From Mediterraneibacter gnavus (GTDB lineage: Bacteria; Pseudomonadota; Alphaproteobacteria; RF32; CAG-239): a DNA stretch of 64,000 nucleotides. The notes under the pieces were generated by a model. The model ran no database searches. It was not told the DNA's origin and worked only from the letters and a program-made list of their open reading frames with translations. The stretch spans positions 5,215-69,214 of the forward strand of contig CAVEOB010000002.1 of the NCBI GenBank assembly GCA_963617265.1, given 5' to 3'. This document shows, piece after piece, positions 38,060-47,243 of this stretch. Position numbers and translations under genes: made by a program. Numbering within the stretch: position 1 is the stretch's first letter; each line of letters starts with the position of its first letter.

Positions 38060-38113
38060 AATATCCCTTAATAAAGCCCAGCTTGTTAAGGGATATTTTG
38101 TTAAGGGATATTG
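38060..38113 (+). terminator. Hairpin of the ATCCCTT family, with its 3' arm tandemly duplicated
   Basis: AATATCCCTTAA (38060-71) pairs with TTAAGGGATATT (38086-97). A second copy, TTAAGGGATATTG, lies at 38101-13. Confidence 0.55.
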
Positions 38114-38150
38114 CTTTTAAATTTCCCTCAATCTAAATGCCGTATAAATG

Positions 38151-38179
38151 AAAAAGCCCGCTTAAAAGCGAGCTTTTTT
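38151..38179. terminator. Bidirectional terminator (serves tRNA-His on the minus strand)
   Basis: AAAAAGCCCGCTTAAAAGCGAGCTTTTTT: an 8-bp stem with one mismatch, an A-run on one side and a T-run on the other. Confidence 0.6.
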
Positions 38180-38182
38180 AAT

Positions 38183-38260
38183 TGGGGCGGATGAAGGGAT
38201 TTGAACTCTCGACATCTGGTACCACAAACCAGCGCTCTAACCAACTGAGCTACATCCGCC
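38183..38260 (-). tRNA. tRNA-His (anticodon GTG)
   Basis: The reverse complement is GGCGGATGTAGCTCAGTTGGTTAGAGCGCTGGTTTGTGGTACCAGATGTCGAGAGTTCAAATCCCTTCATCCGCCCCA. It has an 8-bp acceptor stem including G-1 (a His hallmark), the anticodon loop TTGTGGT, a TTCAAAT T-loop (T stem has one A-C mismatch) and an encoded CCA. Confidence 0.9.
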
Positions 38261-38277
38261 ATTGGGTGACAAAGTTG

Positions 38278-38306
38278 TTAATACAATTAAACCTGCCAAA
38301 AGTCAA
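38278..38306 (-). promoter_or_regulatory. Putative promoter of tRNA-His
   Basis: On the minus strand: TTGACT (38306-01), a 17-nt spacer, then TATTAA (38283-78), about 17 nt upstream of the tRNA 5' end. Confidence 0.4.
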
Positions 38307-38421
38307 TATCAAAGTTTCAAAAAATGAAAAAATCTTTCTGCCAAATACTTTTCAATCTTAACTATTTTTTACCTTTTAACGAATATTGTATATGTAATAA
38401 AAAAATCCAGAGGGTAAAATA

Positions 38422-39669
38422 GTGAAAAAATTTGCGTTTTTATGTATTTTGTTTTCAGCAATGCTGCACACAATTGCGGCAAATGCTTCGGTTTCTTCAA
38501 TTATGATAGATGCTCAAAATGGCGATGTTATGTATGAAATGAACGCTGATGAACGCCGTTATCCGGCATCATTAACCAAGTTGATGACCTTGTACATTAC
38601 CTTTAACGCGCTAGAAAACAACCACATAAAACTAACCGACAAACTGAAAGTTTCACGCACCGCGGCAAACCGCTCTCCTTCACGACTTGGCTTGCACGCT
38701 GGTGAAACCATTACCGTAAAAGACGCAATTATGGCAGTTATTGTAAAATCGGCAAACGACTGCGCCACTGTTTTAGCCGAACATTTTTCTGCCAGCGAGG
38801 CTGATTTTGCCGTGTTAATGACCAATACTGCACACAAATTGGGAATGAACCACACCACATTTAAAAACGCTTCCGGCTTGCCAAACAAACAGCAAAAAAC
38901 CACTGCTCGCGATATGGCGGTTTTAGCAATGGCGGTATATCACCATTTTCCGCAATACTATAAATGGTTTTCAGCCAAAAGCTTTCAATACAAAGGAAAA
39001 ACCATCGGCGGACACAATTATATTCTCAAAACATTTGCCGGCGCAGACGGTATGAAAACCGGCTATACTGCAGCATCAGGATACAATATTATAACCTCGG
39101 CAAAACGTTCGGGCAAACGCGTAATTGCCGTAACCATGGGCCACAACAGCGTTGGCGAACGCGATAAAAAAGTTGCTAAGATGATGGACAAAGGTCTGAC
39201 CCGCATGCAGCAGGAAGGCGAAATTAATGTGGCTATGCTGACTAATGAAATCAACGGCAAAACCGTTGCCGCGCCAAAACAGCAGCGCACCGCCGCCGTG
39301 CAAAAGAAAACTCCGGAAAAAACCCAAACTGCACGTATAGCCAAAGCTTCGGCTAACCCGTCGGCAAAAGCCGTACAAACCGCTGCCGCAATTACTAACG
39401 GTCGTTTTGCCGTTCAAGTCGGTTCTTTTTCCGACTATCAGCGTGCCCGCAACTATGCTTTAACCGTTAAAAACAAATTGGCTAAAAAATATGCGGTTCA
39501 TGACATTAAAGTTGAAAAAGTACAGTCTGAAAACCGGACGATTTACCGCTCTAAAGTTATCGGTTTGGCTAAAAACGATGCCAATGCCATTTGCAAAACA
39601 ATGAAACGCAGTAAGCAGTCTTGCTTAGTCACCTCTGACAGCGGTTCTATGAAAATGGCGCGGCGTTAA
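38422..39669 (+). CDS. D-alanyl-D-alanine carboxypeptidase (S11, PBP5/6-like) with a C-terminal SPOR domain
   Basis: 415 aa with a GTG start after GAGGG and a signal peptide. The SxxK motif is PASLTKLMT, SxN is present and KTG is MKTGYT. The C-terminus FAVQVGSFSDYQRARNYA...YRSKVIGL is SPOR-like. Confidence 0.85.
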   Translation: MKKFAFLCILFSAMLHTIAANASVSSIMIDAQNGDVMYEMNADERRYPASLTKLMTLYITFNALENNHIKLTDKLKVSRTAANRSPSRLGLHAGETITVKDAIMAVIVKSANDCATVLAEHFSASEADFAVLMTNTAHKLGMNHTTFKNASGLPNKQQKTTARDMAVLAMAVYHHFPQYYKWFSAKSFQYKGKTIGGHNYILKTFAGADGMKTGYTAASGYNIITSAKRSGKRVIAVTMGHNSVGERDKKVAKMMDKGLTRMQQEGEINVAMLTNEINGKTVAAPKQQRTAAVQKKTPEKTQTARIAKASANPSAKAVQTAAAITNGRFAVQVGSFSDYQRARNYALTVKNKLAKKYAVHDIKVEKVQSENRTIYRSKVIGLAKNDANAICKTMKRSKQSCLVTSDSGSMKMARR

Positions 39670-40340
39670 TGACTATTCCTCTAATTGTCATCAGCAGTCC
39701 TAAATCCGGCGCCGGTAAAACCACATTGGCATTTAACCTTGCCTCTGCTCTGCTGCATGACGGTTATAATGTCGGCATCTACTCTGACTTTGCTCCGGAA
39801 TTTTTACAAAAACGCGCAGAATTGCAAAAGTCGGAAACAGCCTTAAAAATTCCGCAAAACATCAGCAAAGAAGCTTTATTTGCAGGAAACTTCAGCAATT
39901 GCAATGCGGTAATTGTTGATGTGCCGTCAGAACAAAATTCAGTTTTTACCCCGATTCTCGCCCAAGCGCACACTCTAATCACCTTAATAAAAGGCGAAAA
40001 TGATTTGAGCTGGCAGCCTCAAGATGCTTATTTAAACATCATATGGAATGTAAAAAAACAGCAGGCGGCGCAGGGAATAAAATACCTGAACTGGTCTGTC
40101 GCAAAAAGCTTAATAGACACCCCGTCAGATTCCTTATCTCAACAGCTTGAACAGCAAAGCCGGCGTTTTGGTTTCAGGTTTGCTCCGGCTTTGTACAAAC
40201 GCGAAGCCTATACCCATATAAAAGACGGCTACGGTGCTGCGGATTTAATCAGTACCGGCAATTTGAAAATGTCCATGTCCGATGTTTATGCCCGCCGCGA
40301 GCTGTTAATTTTAGCCGATTTTATTTGGCAGCATAAATAA
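39669..40340 (+). CDS. ParA/MinD-superfamily P-loop ATPase-like protein
   Basis: 223 aa with the deviant Walker A SSPKSGAGKTTLAFNLA. It is TAATG-coupled to the carboxypeptidase gene. It is shorter than typical ParA or MipZ proteins. Confidence 0.5.
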   Translation: MTIPLIVISSPKSGAGKTTLAFNLASALLHDGYNVGIYSDFAPEFLQKRAELQKSETALKIPQNISKEALFAGNFSNCNAVIVDVPSEQNSVFTPILAQAHTLITLIKGENDLSWQPQDAYLNIIWNVKKQQAAQGIKYLNWSVAKSLIDTPSDSLSQQLEQQSRRFGFRFAPALYKREAYTHIKDGYGAADLISTGNLKMSMSDVYARRELLILADFIWQHK

Positions 40341-40434
40341 ATGTGCCTAGCTTAATAAAAAAACTTTACCTGTTCTTTTTTTTAATGATACATATATATA
40401 AAAGAGTTTTAATTATTAACGAAAGGGGCTGTAT

Positions 40435-42054
40435 ATGCTTAAAGTTGTTAAAACAACCGCCTATTCCGATATGAAAATGGGTACGGCAGGTTTACGCAAA
40501 AAATCAAAAATCGTCTTACAAGAAAACTATTTGGAAAATTTTGTACAAAGTGTTTTCAATGCCATTGGCGGCGTTAAGGGCTTGACCTTTATTTTGGGCG
40601 GCGACGGACGCTATTATAACAAAATCGCTATCCAAAAAATTATGAAAATGGCAGCAGCTAACGGCATGAAAAAGATGATTGTCGGTCAAAACGGCTTTAT
40701 TTCCACCCCAGCATCGTCTCATGTGCTGCTGATGAACAAAGCCGACGGCGGATTCGTGCTTTCAGCTTCGCATAACCCGGGAGGAATTAACGGCGACTTC
40801 GGTATAAAATATGCCATTGCTTCCGGCGGACAATGCCCGACCTCTATCAGCGATAAAATCTATGAAATATCCAAAACTATCCGCGAATACAAAACTCTTG
40901 ACGCTCCTGATGTAGACTTGAGCAAATTAGGTTCACAAAAGCTCGGCGAGATGGAAATTGAAGTAATTGATCCAGTCAAAGATTATGTTGATATGATGGA
41001 ACAAATTTTTGATTTTGCCGCCATCAAAAAACTGTTTGCCCATGGTTTTACTATGGTATTTGACGCCATGAACGCCGTAACCGGTCCTTATGCCCGCAAA
41101 ATTTTTGAAGAAATTTTGGGCGCCAAAGCAGGTTCGGTTTTGAACTATGTGCCTTTGGAAGACTTTGGCGGCTTGCACCCTGACCCGAATTTAATCTATG
41201 CTAAAAAGCTGGTTGATTTAATGTATTCGGACAAAGCTCCTGATTTTGGCGCTGCCAATGACGGAGACGGCGACCGCAATATGATTTTAGGTAAAAATTT
41301 TTTTGTTACGCCTAGCGACAGTTTGGCAATTTTAACCGATAACTACAAGCTGATTCCGGCTTATAAAAACGGCATTTACGGCGTGGCAAAATCTGCTGCT
41401 ACCTCAACAGCTGTCAGCCGCGTAGCAAAAGCGCTGAATATCGGCTACTATGAAGTTCCGACCGGCTGGAAATATTTTTGCAACCTGATGGACAGCAACC
41501 GCATCACCTTCTGCGGAGAAGAAAGCTTCGGCACTGGTTCCAGCCATATCCGCGAAAAAGACGGAATTTGGGCGGTTCTGTTTTGGCTGAGCATTATTGC
41601 CGCTACTGGTAAATCAGTTCAGGAAATTACTGAGGAACATTGGAAAAAATACGGACGCAGCTACTATATGCGTAACGACTACGAAGGATTGGATACTGAT
41701 GTTGCCAACAAGCTGATGGCTGTTTTGGAAAACCGTTTGCCGACTTTAGCTGGTAAAACTTTCGGCGCTTACACCGTGTCTGAAGCCAAACCGTTTATTT
41801 ATAACGATCCTGTCGACGGCAGCTCCACCAAAAACGGCTTGATTGTTTACTTTACCGATAACTCCCGCATTGTTTACCGTTTATCCGGAACTGGTACGAA
41901 CGCTGCGACTTTGCGTGTTTATTTAGAGCGTTACGAAACCAAAGATTTGGACGAGAATGTTGAAGCCATGCTGGAAAGCTTGGCAGACGTCTCTCGGCAA
42001 ATCGGCGAAATAACTAAACGCACAGGCAAAGTTAAAGCCGACGTGCTGACATAA
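40435..42054 (+). CDS. pgm: Phosphoglucomutase (alpha-D-glucose phosphate-specific)
   Basis: 539 aa with the active-site motif SASHNPGG, the metal loop DGDGDRN, and GEESFG. Confidence 0.9.
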   Translation: MLKVVKTTAYSDMKMGTAGLRKKSKIVLQENYLENFVQSVFNAIGGVKGLTFILGGDGRYYNKIAIQKIMKMAAANGMKKMIVGQNGFISTPASSHVLLMNKADGGFVLSASHNPGGINGDFGIKYAIASGGQCPTSISDKIYEISKTIREYKTLDAPDVDLSKLGSQKLGEMEIEVIDPVKDYVDMMEQIFDFAAIKKLFAHGFTMVFDAMNAVTGPYARKIFEEILGAKAGSVLNYVPLEDFGGLHPDPNLIYAKKLVDLMYSDKAPDFGAANDGDGDRNMILGKNFFVTPSDSLAILTDNYKLIPAYKNGIYGVAKSAATSTAVSRVAKALNIGYYEVPTGWKYFCNLMDSNRITFCGEESFGTGSSHIREKDGIWAVLFWLSIIAATGKSVQEITEEHWKKYGRSYYMRNDYEGLDTDVANKLMAVLENRLPTLAGKTFGAYTVSEAKPFIYNDPVDGSSTKNGLIVYFTDNSRIVYRLSGTGTNAATLRVYLERYETKDLDENVEAMLESLADVSRQIGEITKRTGKVKADVLT

Positions 42055-42071
42055 AAATATAAGGTGCGGCA

Positions 42072-44720
42072 ATGCTCAAAGATATAAACAAACGGAGACC
42101 TGACCGACAGCTGGAAAGAAACTTGGTCTTTTTAGCTTATTCGATTATGTTTATGTCTTTGAGCTTGTTCGCCCTGTTTTTATATCCGCAATACACATTA
42201 TATATTATTATATCCATTGTGATTTGGAATATTATTTGTATTTTAATCACTATCCGCATTTTAAAAGTCAGTGAAAACGCCATTGGCTTTGGAACTTTAG
42301 CTGCCGAAATTTTAAACGATAACAGCAAATATCACCGTATTGATAACTCTACCGGCTTGCCGATTTTAACCAACCGCGCTGCTTTGGAATATTTCAAAAA
42401 TGAATCGGTTTTAGACTTTTTGGAACACAATATAATTGATTCCGCCGCCAATAAATTGGATTTGCAAAAACTGTCGTCAGCCGTCAATAAATTGCAGGAA
42501 ACCACCGTCATGCTTTCCATAAATCCGCACCAAAACAGCGTATTTGTTGCCGAAGAATGGCTGAGAGTCCACATTAAACCAATCTATTTGAACAAAGCCG
42601 ATATTTTTGAAGATGAATTTTCATTAAAGAAAATACGCAAAGAAACCTATATTTTTTGGACGGTGGAAAATATTACTTCCTATAAAAATATGGAGCAAGT
42701 TTACCAAAATGAAATGTCGTCTCTGCATAACTTTGTCGACTTTCTGCCGGTTGGTTTATACACCTGCAACAGCGATGGAAATTTGGAATATATCAACAAC
42801 ACGCTTGCCGACTATTTAACAACGGATAAAAATGATGCCAATGGCAAAAAAATTGATGATTTTGTCGCCTATAAAGCCGAACAGCTACATGACGCTTCCG
42901 GCGCATTTAACGGCAATATAATTTTCAAAACCGAACAAGGCAACATTGAAGCCTTTGTAAAACAACAGAATGTTCGGGAAAACAATGAAATAAAAACCCG
43001 CGGCGTTGTTATTTGGAATTTACCGAACGATACAGCCTTAAAGCAAAAGCTGAATGAAGTTACAGATAAATTTGAATGGCTGTTCAATACTGCGCCAATC
43101 GGCATTGCTTTGGTTGATAAGCATCAAAGAATTTTAGAAACAAACCGTCACTTTGCCGAAATTTTTGAAAAATCTCCGCAAGAGATAGAGCATCAAAAAA
43201 TCGGCGAATACTTTAATGATGAAGTAAAGCAAAAAATAAAAGACGCCTTGCGCGAATATGCTAAAAACAATTCCGAAGAATATAATTTTGAAACGGTTTT
43301 GAACTTTAATGATGAAGAAAAAAATGTTCAAATACACATCAGCCCGATGACCATGCATTATACCGATTTATCAGGTGAAATTAACGGAATGCTCATCTAT
43401 ATCACCGATATCACAAACAAAAGAAACTTAGAAATGCAAGTGGCTCAAGCCCAAAAAATGCAGGCTTTCGGACAGCTTGCCGGCGGTGTGGCGCACGACT
43501 TTAACAACCTGCTGACAGCAGTTATCGGCTACTGCGATTTGCTGATTCAGCGCCACGGCGTCGGCGATCCGTCATTTTCTGATTTGGTGCAGCTCAAACA
43601 AAATGCTAACCGCGCGGCAGGCGTGGCACGGCAGCTTTTGGCAATTTCCCGTAAGCAGCCTCTGAATCCAAAACTGATAGATGTTACTGAAGCATTCACA
43701 GAAATAGACCATCTGCTTTCACGGCTTATCGGCGAGCAAATTCATTTCCAAATAAACTATGGCTCAGATTTAGGCTATATCCGCGTAGATCCGGTGCAAT
43801 TCTCACAAGTTATGATAAACTTGGTAATCAACGCCAAAGACGCTATGAACGGCAAAGGAACATTGACCATTGCCACCCGCGGCGAACGTTTAAGCGAACC
43901 GTATCATTTCGGCACCGACATCATTAAACCGGGAGATTTTGTTGTTGTCAGTGTTACCGATACCGGCTGCGGTATACCGCCGGAAAATATCAACCGCATT
44001 TTTGAGCCGTTTTTCTCAACCAAAAAGAACGTGGTCGGCTCCGGCACCGGTTTGGGATTAGCCATGGTTTATGGTATTGTGCGCCAAACTGAAGGATTTA
44101 TCAAGGTGCATAGTGAAGTCGGCAAAGGCACTACTTTTGAAATTTATCTGCCGGCATACGAAAATGATCAGGGAGAAGTTGCCGCCGAAACAACTCAAGA
44201 AGAAATTATCCGCGATAAAGCTGGCAACACCGCACTTGAAACCGTTACAGCCCCAATGGTGAATATGGGACAAAACCAAAAGATGATTTTAGGACTAAAT
44301 GTTTCAGCCTTTGACAGTCAGCGCCGCCTGAAAAACGAAACCGAAAGCATAAAGATTCTGTTTGTGGAAGATGAAGACGCAGTACGGACTGTCGGCGTCC
44401 GCGGTCTGAAACAAAAAGGCTTTGAAGTTGTTGACTGCATTTCCGCCGAAAATGCGCTTGAGCATATTGAAAAAGGCGAAAAATTTGATATGATGATTAC
44501 GGATATGATGATGCCGGGGTTAAGCGGAGCTGATTTAGCAAAAATTATGCATAAAGACAATCCGCAGACCCAAATTATTTTGGCATCAGGATATTCGGAA
44601 GAAATTGCCCGCAAAGAACTTGCTGGCTCCTCAGATTTTTATTTTATGAGCAAGCCGTATAGTTTGGGAGATTTATATAAAAAAGTACAGGAAGTGTTGG
44701 CAAAAAATGACAATGGTTGA
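42072..44720 (+). CDS. Hybrid sensor histidine kinase/response regulator with PAS domains
   Basis: 882 aa with two N-terminal TM helices and PAS-like regions. The H-box is GGVAHDFNNLL. HATPase_c motifs are NLVINAKDAM and GTGLGLA. The C-terminal REC domain reads ILFVEDEDAVR ... MMITDMMMPGLSG. Confidence 0.9.
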   Translation: MLKDINKRRPDRQLERNLVFLAYSIMFMSLSLFALFLYPQYTLYIIISIVIWNIICILITIRILKVSENAIGFGTLAAEILNDNSKYHRIDNSTGLPILTNRAALEYFKNESVLDFLEHNIIDSAANKLDLQKLSSAVNKLQETTVMLSINPHQNSVFVAEEWLRVHIKPIYLNKADIFEDEFSLKKIRKETYIFWTVENITSYKNMEQVYQNEMSSLHNFVDFLPVGLYTCNSDGNLEYINNTLADYLTTDKNDANGKKIDDFVAYKAEQLHDASGAFNGNIIFKTEQGNIEAFVKQQNVRENNEIKTRGVVIWNLPNDTALKQKLNEVTDKFEWLFNTAPIGIALVDKHQRILETNRHFAEIFEKSPQEIEHQKIGEYFNDEVKQKIKDALREYAKNNSEEYNFETVLNFNDEEKNVQIHISPMTMHYTDLSGEINGMLIYITDITNKRNLEMQVAQAQKMQAFGQLAGGVAHDFNNLLTAVIGYCDLLIQRHGVGDPSFSDLVQLKQNANRAAGVARQLLAISRKQPLNPKLIDVTEAFTEIDHLLSRLIGEQIHFQINYGSDLGYIRVDPVQFSQVMINLVINAKDAMNGKGTLTIATRGERLSEPYHFGTDIIKPGDFVVVSVTDTGCGIPPENINRIFEPFFSTKKNVVGSGTGLGLAMVYGIVRQTEGFIKVHSEVGKGTTFEIYLPAYENDQGEVAAETTQEEIIRDKAGNTALETVTAPMVNMGQNQKMILGLNVSAFDSQRRLKNETESIKILFVEDEDAVRTVGVRGLKQKGFEVVDCISAENALEHIEKGEKFDMMITDMMMPGLSGADLAKIMHKDNPQTQIILASGYSEEIARKELAGSSDFYFMSKPYSLGDLYKKVQEVLAKNDNG

Positions 44721-45459
44721 AGATGAAGAACTAAAACAAATACCGTTTAATTTTGTGCCGCGAACCTATATGGGGCGCGAAGATTTTATGGTTGCTCCAT
44801 GTAATTGCGAGGCGTTTCATTTGGTCGATTCTTGGCCTAAATGGCTGGCGCAGGGAATGATTATTTACGGTCCGAAAGGCTGCGGTAAATCGCATTTAGC
44901 CCAACTTTTCGCCGATAAGGTAAAAATATTTTTCGACAAGCCGATTAAAGTTTCGCTGATTGATGCCGTACGTATAAATTTGCGCAATGTCAACAAAATA
45001 GCTTCCGAAAATCAAAGCATTGTTATTGAAAATCTAACACCCAAAGCCAATGCCGAGGCGCTGTTTCATCTGTTTAATATATTCAATACAGAAGGACGGT
45101 ATATGCTATGGACGGCAGAAACTGCTCCAAGCCGTATGTCCTTTGCCCTAAAAGATTTGCAGTCGCGGCTGAATATGCTGCCCAGCGTAGAAATCAAAGA
45201 ACCGGATGATTTAATGCTGCAAACGCTGATTGTAAAACTTTTCAACGACCGGCAGATTTTAATCAGCCCCGAGATATTGAATTTTATTGTAGCCAACGCC
45301 CCACGCTCATTTGAATATATCGGCAAATTGGTTGAGGAATGTGACAACATATCGCTTGCTTATCAATGCGCCGTAAATTACAATGTAGTCAAAAAAGCTA
45401 TGGAACTTTTGGCGCAGACAGATAGCCGTCAGCCAGATTTATTTGACGGTTTGTTTTAA
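44707..45459 (+). CDS. hdaA: DnaA-related regulatory inactivator (HdaA-like)
   Basis: 250 aa with an AAA+ Walker A (YGPKGCGKSHL). Size and layout match alphaproteobacterial HdaA. Confidence 0.7.
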   Translation: MTMVEDEELKQIPFNFVPRTYMGREDFMVAPCNCEAFHLVDSWPKWLAQGMIIYGPKGCGKSHLAQLFADKVKIFFDKPIKVSLIDAVRINLRNVNKIASENQSIVIENLTPKANAEALFHLFNIFNTEGRYMLWTAETAPSRMSFALKDLQSRLNMLPSVEIKEPDDLMLQTLIVKLFNDRQILISPEILNFIVANAPRSFEYIGKLVEECDNISLAYQCAVNYNVVKKAMELLAQTDSRQPDLFDGLF

Positions 45460-45477
45460 CTTTACAAGGAGAAAAAC

Positions 45478-46209
45478 ATGAAAGATTTAAAATTTTTACT
45501 AACTAAAAAATGGCTAGGCGCCTTGACTTTTATTTTGTTTTGCCTGCTGTATTCACTATATCTGACAAATTCGGTAAATGACGCCGTATCGCTTTATATG
45601 CCGACCTTAAAGAGCAATATATCCGACTTTTTGCCGATTACAATTGAAGACGGAATGATTAGCAAACCGGAAAATACCGTAATTGAACGCAACTACGGCG
45701 ATGATGATTACAAATTTAAGGTAGTTTTGGATACTCGTACTGAAGAATTTGAAACATCGCTTTTGCAAGACAGCGGTATTTACATCAGCCGTGCGGCAAT
45801 TTATACCGTAAACGGCAACAAAAATGAAGTTCGTATTAACAGCCTGCACAATACCCCTAATATGGTCATTGATAATGACGTAGTAAATGTTATTGCCGAT
45901 TCTATAGAAAACTATATCAGACCGGTTATTTTCAGCTGCCTTATGCTTTGGTTTATCTTGAGCGGATTAGTTATTATGGGATTGTATTCACTTGTTTTGC
46001 ATTGGATTATGTCGGCAATCTATAAAGCTCCGTATCGTCAAACGTTACGCCTGACAACTTACAGCTACGTAATTTTTAGTATTTTGTATGTGTTTGTTGC
46101 TTTTAGCAACACCTTCATAATAGGATTTGTTTGGGCTTTAGTTGTTAACTTTGCCGCAAATATATTGCTGAAGAATCAATCTCAAACTGAAACCGAACCT
46201 GCAAAATAA
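45478..46209 (+). CDS. Hypothetical membrane protein
   Basis: 243 aa with one N-terminal and about three C-terminal TM helices. No motif is recognised with confidence. Confidence 0.5.
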   Translation: MKDLKFLLTKKWLGALTFILFCLLYSLYLTNSVNDAVSLYMPTLKSNISDFLPITIEDGMISKPENTVIERNYGDDDYKFKVVLDTRTEEFETSLLQDSGIYISRAAIYTVNGNKNEVRINSLHNTPNMVIDNDVVNVIADSIENYIRPVIFSCLMLWFILSGLVIMGLYSLVLHWIMSAIYKAPYRQTLRLTTYSYVIFSILYVFVAFSNTFIIGFVWALVVNFAANILLKNQSQTETEPAK

Positions 46210-46232
46210 ATAAGCAGTAAATATAAAAAACC

Positions 46233-46265
46233 AAAGCCTGATTGAATTAACAATCAGGCTTTTTG
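46233..46265 (+). terminator. Rho-independent terminator
   Basis: AAAGCCTGATTG-AATTAA-CAATCAGGCTTTTT: a perfect 12-bp stem plus a T-run. Confidence 0.8.
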
Positions 46266-46380
46266 CTTGTTCTTTAAGCGGATATGCCATACTGGATTCT
46301 TTACGAATGAGCTGACGCTCAAAGCAAAGAATGACAATCCCCAATACTCTCAGAAATTCGGATAATGAGGCTAATACGCA

Positions 46381-46430
46381 TTAACTTTTTTGCGCCGTGT
46401 ACAAACTAGTACACAAGCACAAAAAGTTAA
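46381..46430. repeat. 50-bp palindromic element (copy 1)
   Basis: The outer stem is TTAACTTTTT/AAAAAGTTAA and the inner stem is GTGTAC-N6-GTACAC. It is related to 60025-60074. Confidence 0.5.
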
Positions 46431-46456
46431 AAGTAGTAGACCATTAGACGAGTTTC

Positions 46457-47230
46457 CTACTTAATGTATGGAAGAGCGTTTGCTAAATCTTCCTCAGTAT
46501 TTATATCCGCTGGAGCTTCGGGAACAAGCTTAATGTTATCAACCAGCATAGCGCGTACTTCCATACCATTTTCCAATGCGCGTAGTTGTTCAAGAGCCTC
46601 ACGCTTTTCCAATACGCCAGTCGGAAGTGAAACCATTTTATGCAATGAAGCTGCTTTGAATACATAAATGCCGATGTGATAATACAAATCTTGCTTCGGG
46701 CATTTTTCCGGATTGCGGGTATACGGAGCCGTCGCACGGGTAAAATACAGACAGCGGGCTTCTTTTTCGCCGTCTTTCAAGCCCATAATGATTTTTACCA
46801 CATTCGGATTGTTCTTGTCTTCTTCAGATTTAATCAGCATACCGCAAGTGGCAATATCACAGCCGGTGCGCTCAACCATTTCTATCAAAGGCAATGTAAC
46901 TTTTGGATCTACATTGATATTATCGCCCTGAAAGTCAACCACAATATCATATTTGCTGCCGTCCGGATCAAGCACTTTTAAAGCGGCCGCGATTCTATCC
47001 GTACCGCTTGGCAAGTTAGGATCCGTCAAAATCGCAGTGGCGCCAAACTTGTTGCATTCGTCCACAATAGCCTGATCGCCGGCGGCAATGGCAATATCCG
47101 TATGCAAAGCCTTTTTCACGTTTTCATAAACACGCTGCACCATTGTTTTGCCGTTAATCACGCGCAAAGGCTTGTTAGGCAATCTAGTTGCTGCCAGTCT
47201 GACCGGCATTAAAGTAATTACTCTACTCAT
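46457..47230 (-). CDS. kdsB: 3-deoxy-manno-octulosonate cytidylyltransferase
   Basis: 257 aa. The N-terminus MPVRLAATRLPNKPL is typical of KdsB. Confidence 0.9.
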   Translation of the reverse strand: MSRVITLMPVRLAATRLPNKPLRVINGKTMVQRVYENVKKALHTDIAIAAGDQAIVDECNKFGATAILTDPNLPSGTDRIAAALKVLDPDGSKYDIVVDFQGDNINVDPKVTLPLIEMVERTGCDIATCGMLIKSEEDKNNPNVVKIIMGLKDGEKEARCLYFTRATAPYTRNPEKCPKQDLYYHIGIYVFKAASLHKMVSLPTGVLEKREALEQLRALENGMEVRAMLVDNIKLVPEAPADINTEEDLANALPYIK

Positions 47231-47243
47231 TTTTTATGTCCTT

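Noticed and set aside
38183-38210. Similarity between the tRNA-His T-arm region (AAGGGATTT) and the AAGGGAT hairpin cores, considered as a possible att-site remnant of an integrated element.
   Set aside because: The shared string is only about 9 nt. No longer direct repeat of the tRNA 3' end is visible flanking cassette A, and no integrase is present.
46266-46380. Possible gene remnant or small ORF (46138-46344 minus, 68 aa) in the 250-bp spacer before kdsB.
   Set aside because: It has no RBS, overlaps the end and terminator of the + strand gene, and its translation has no recognisable features.
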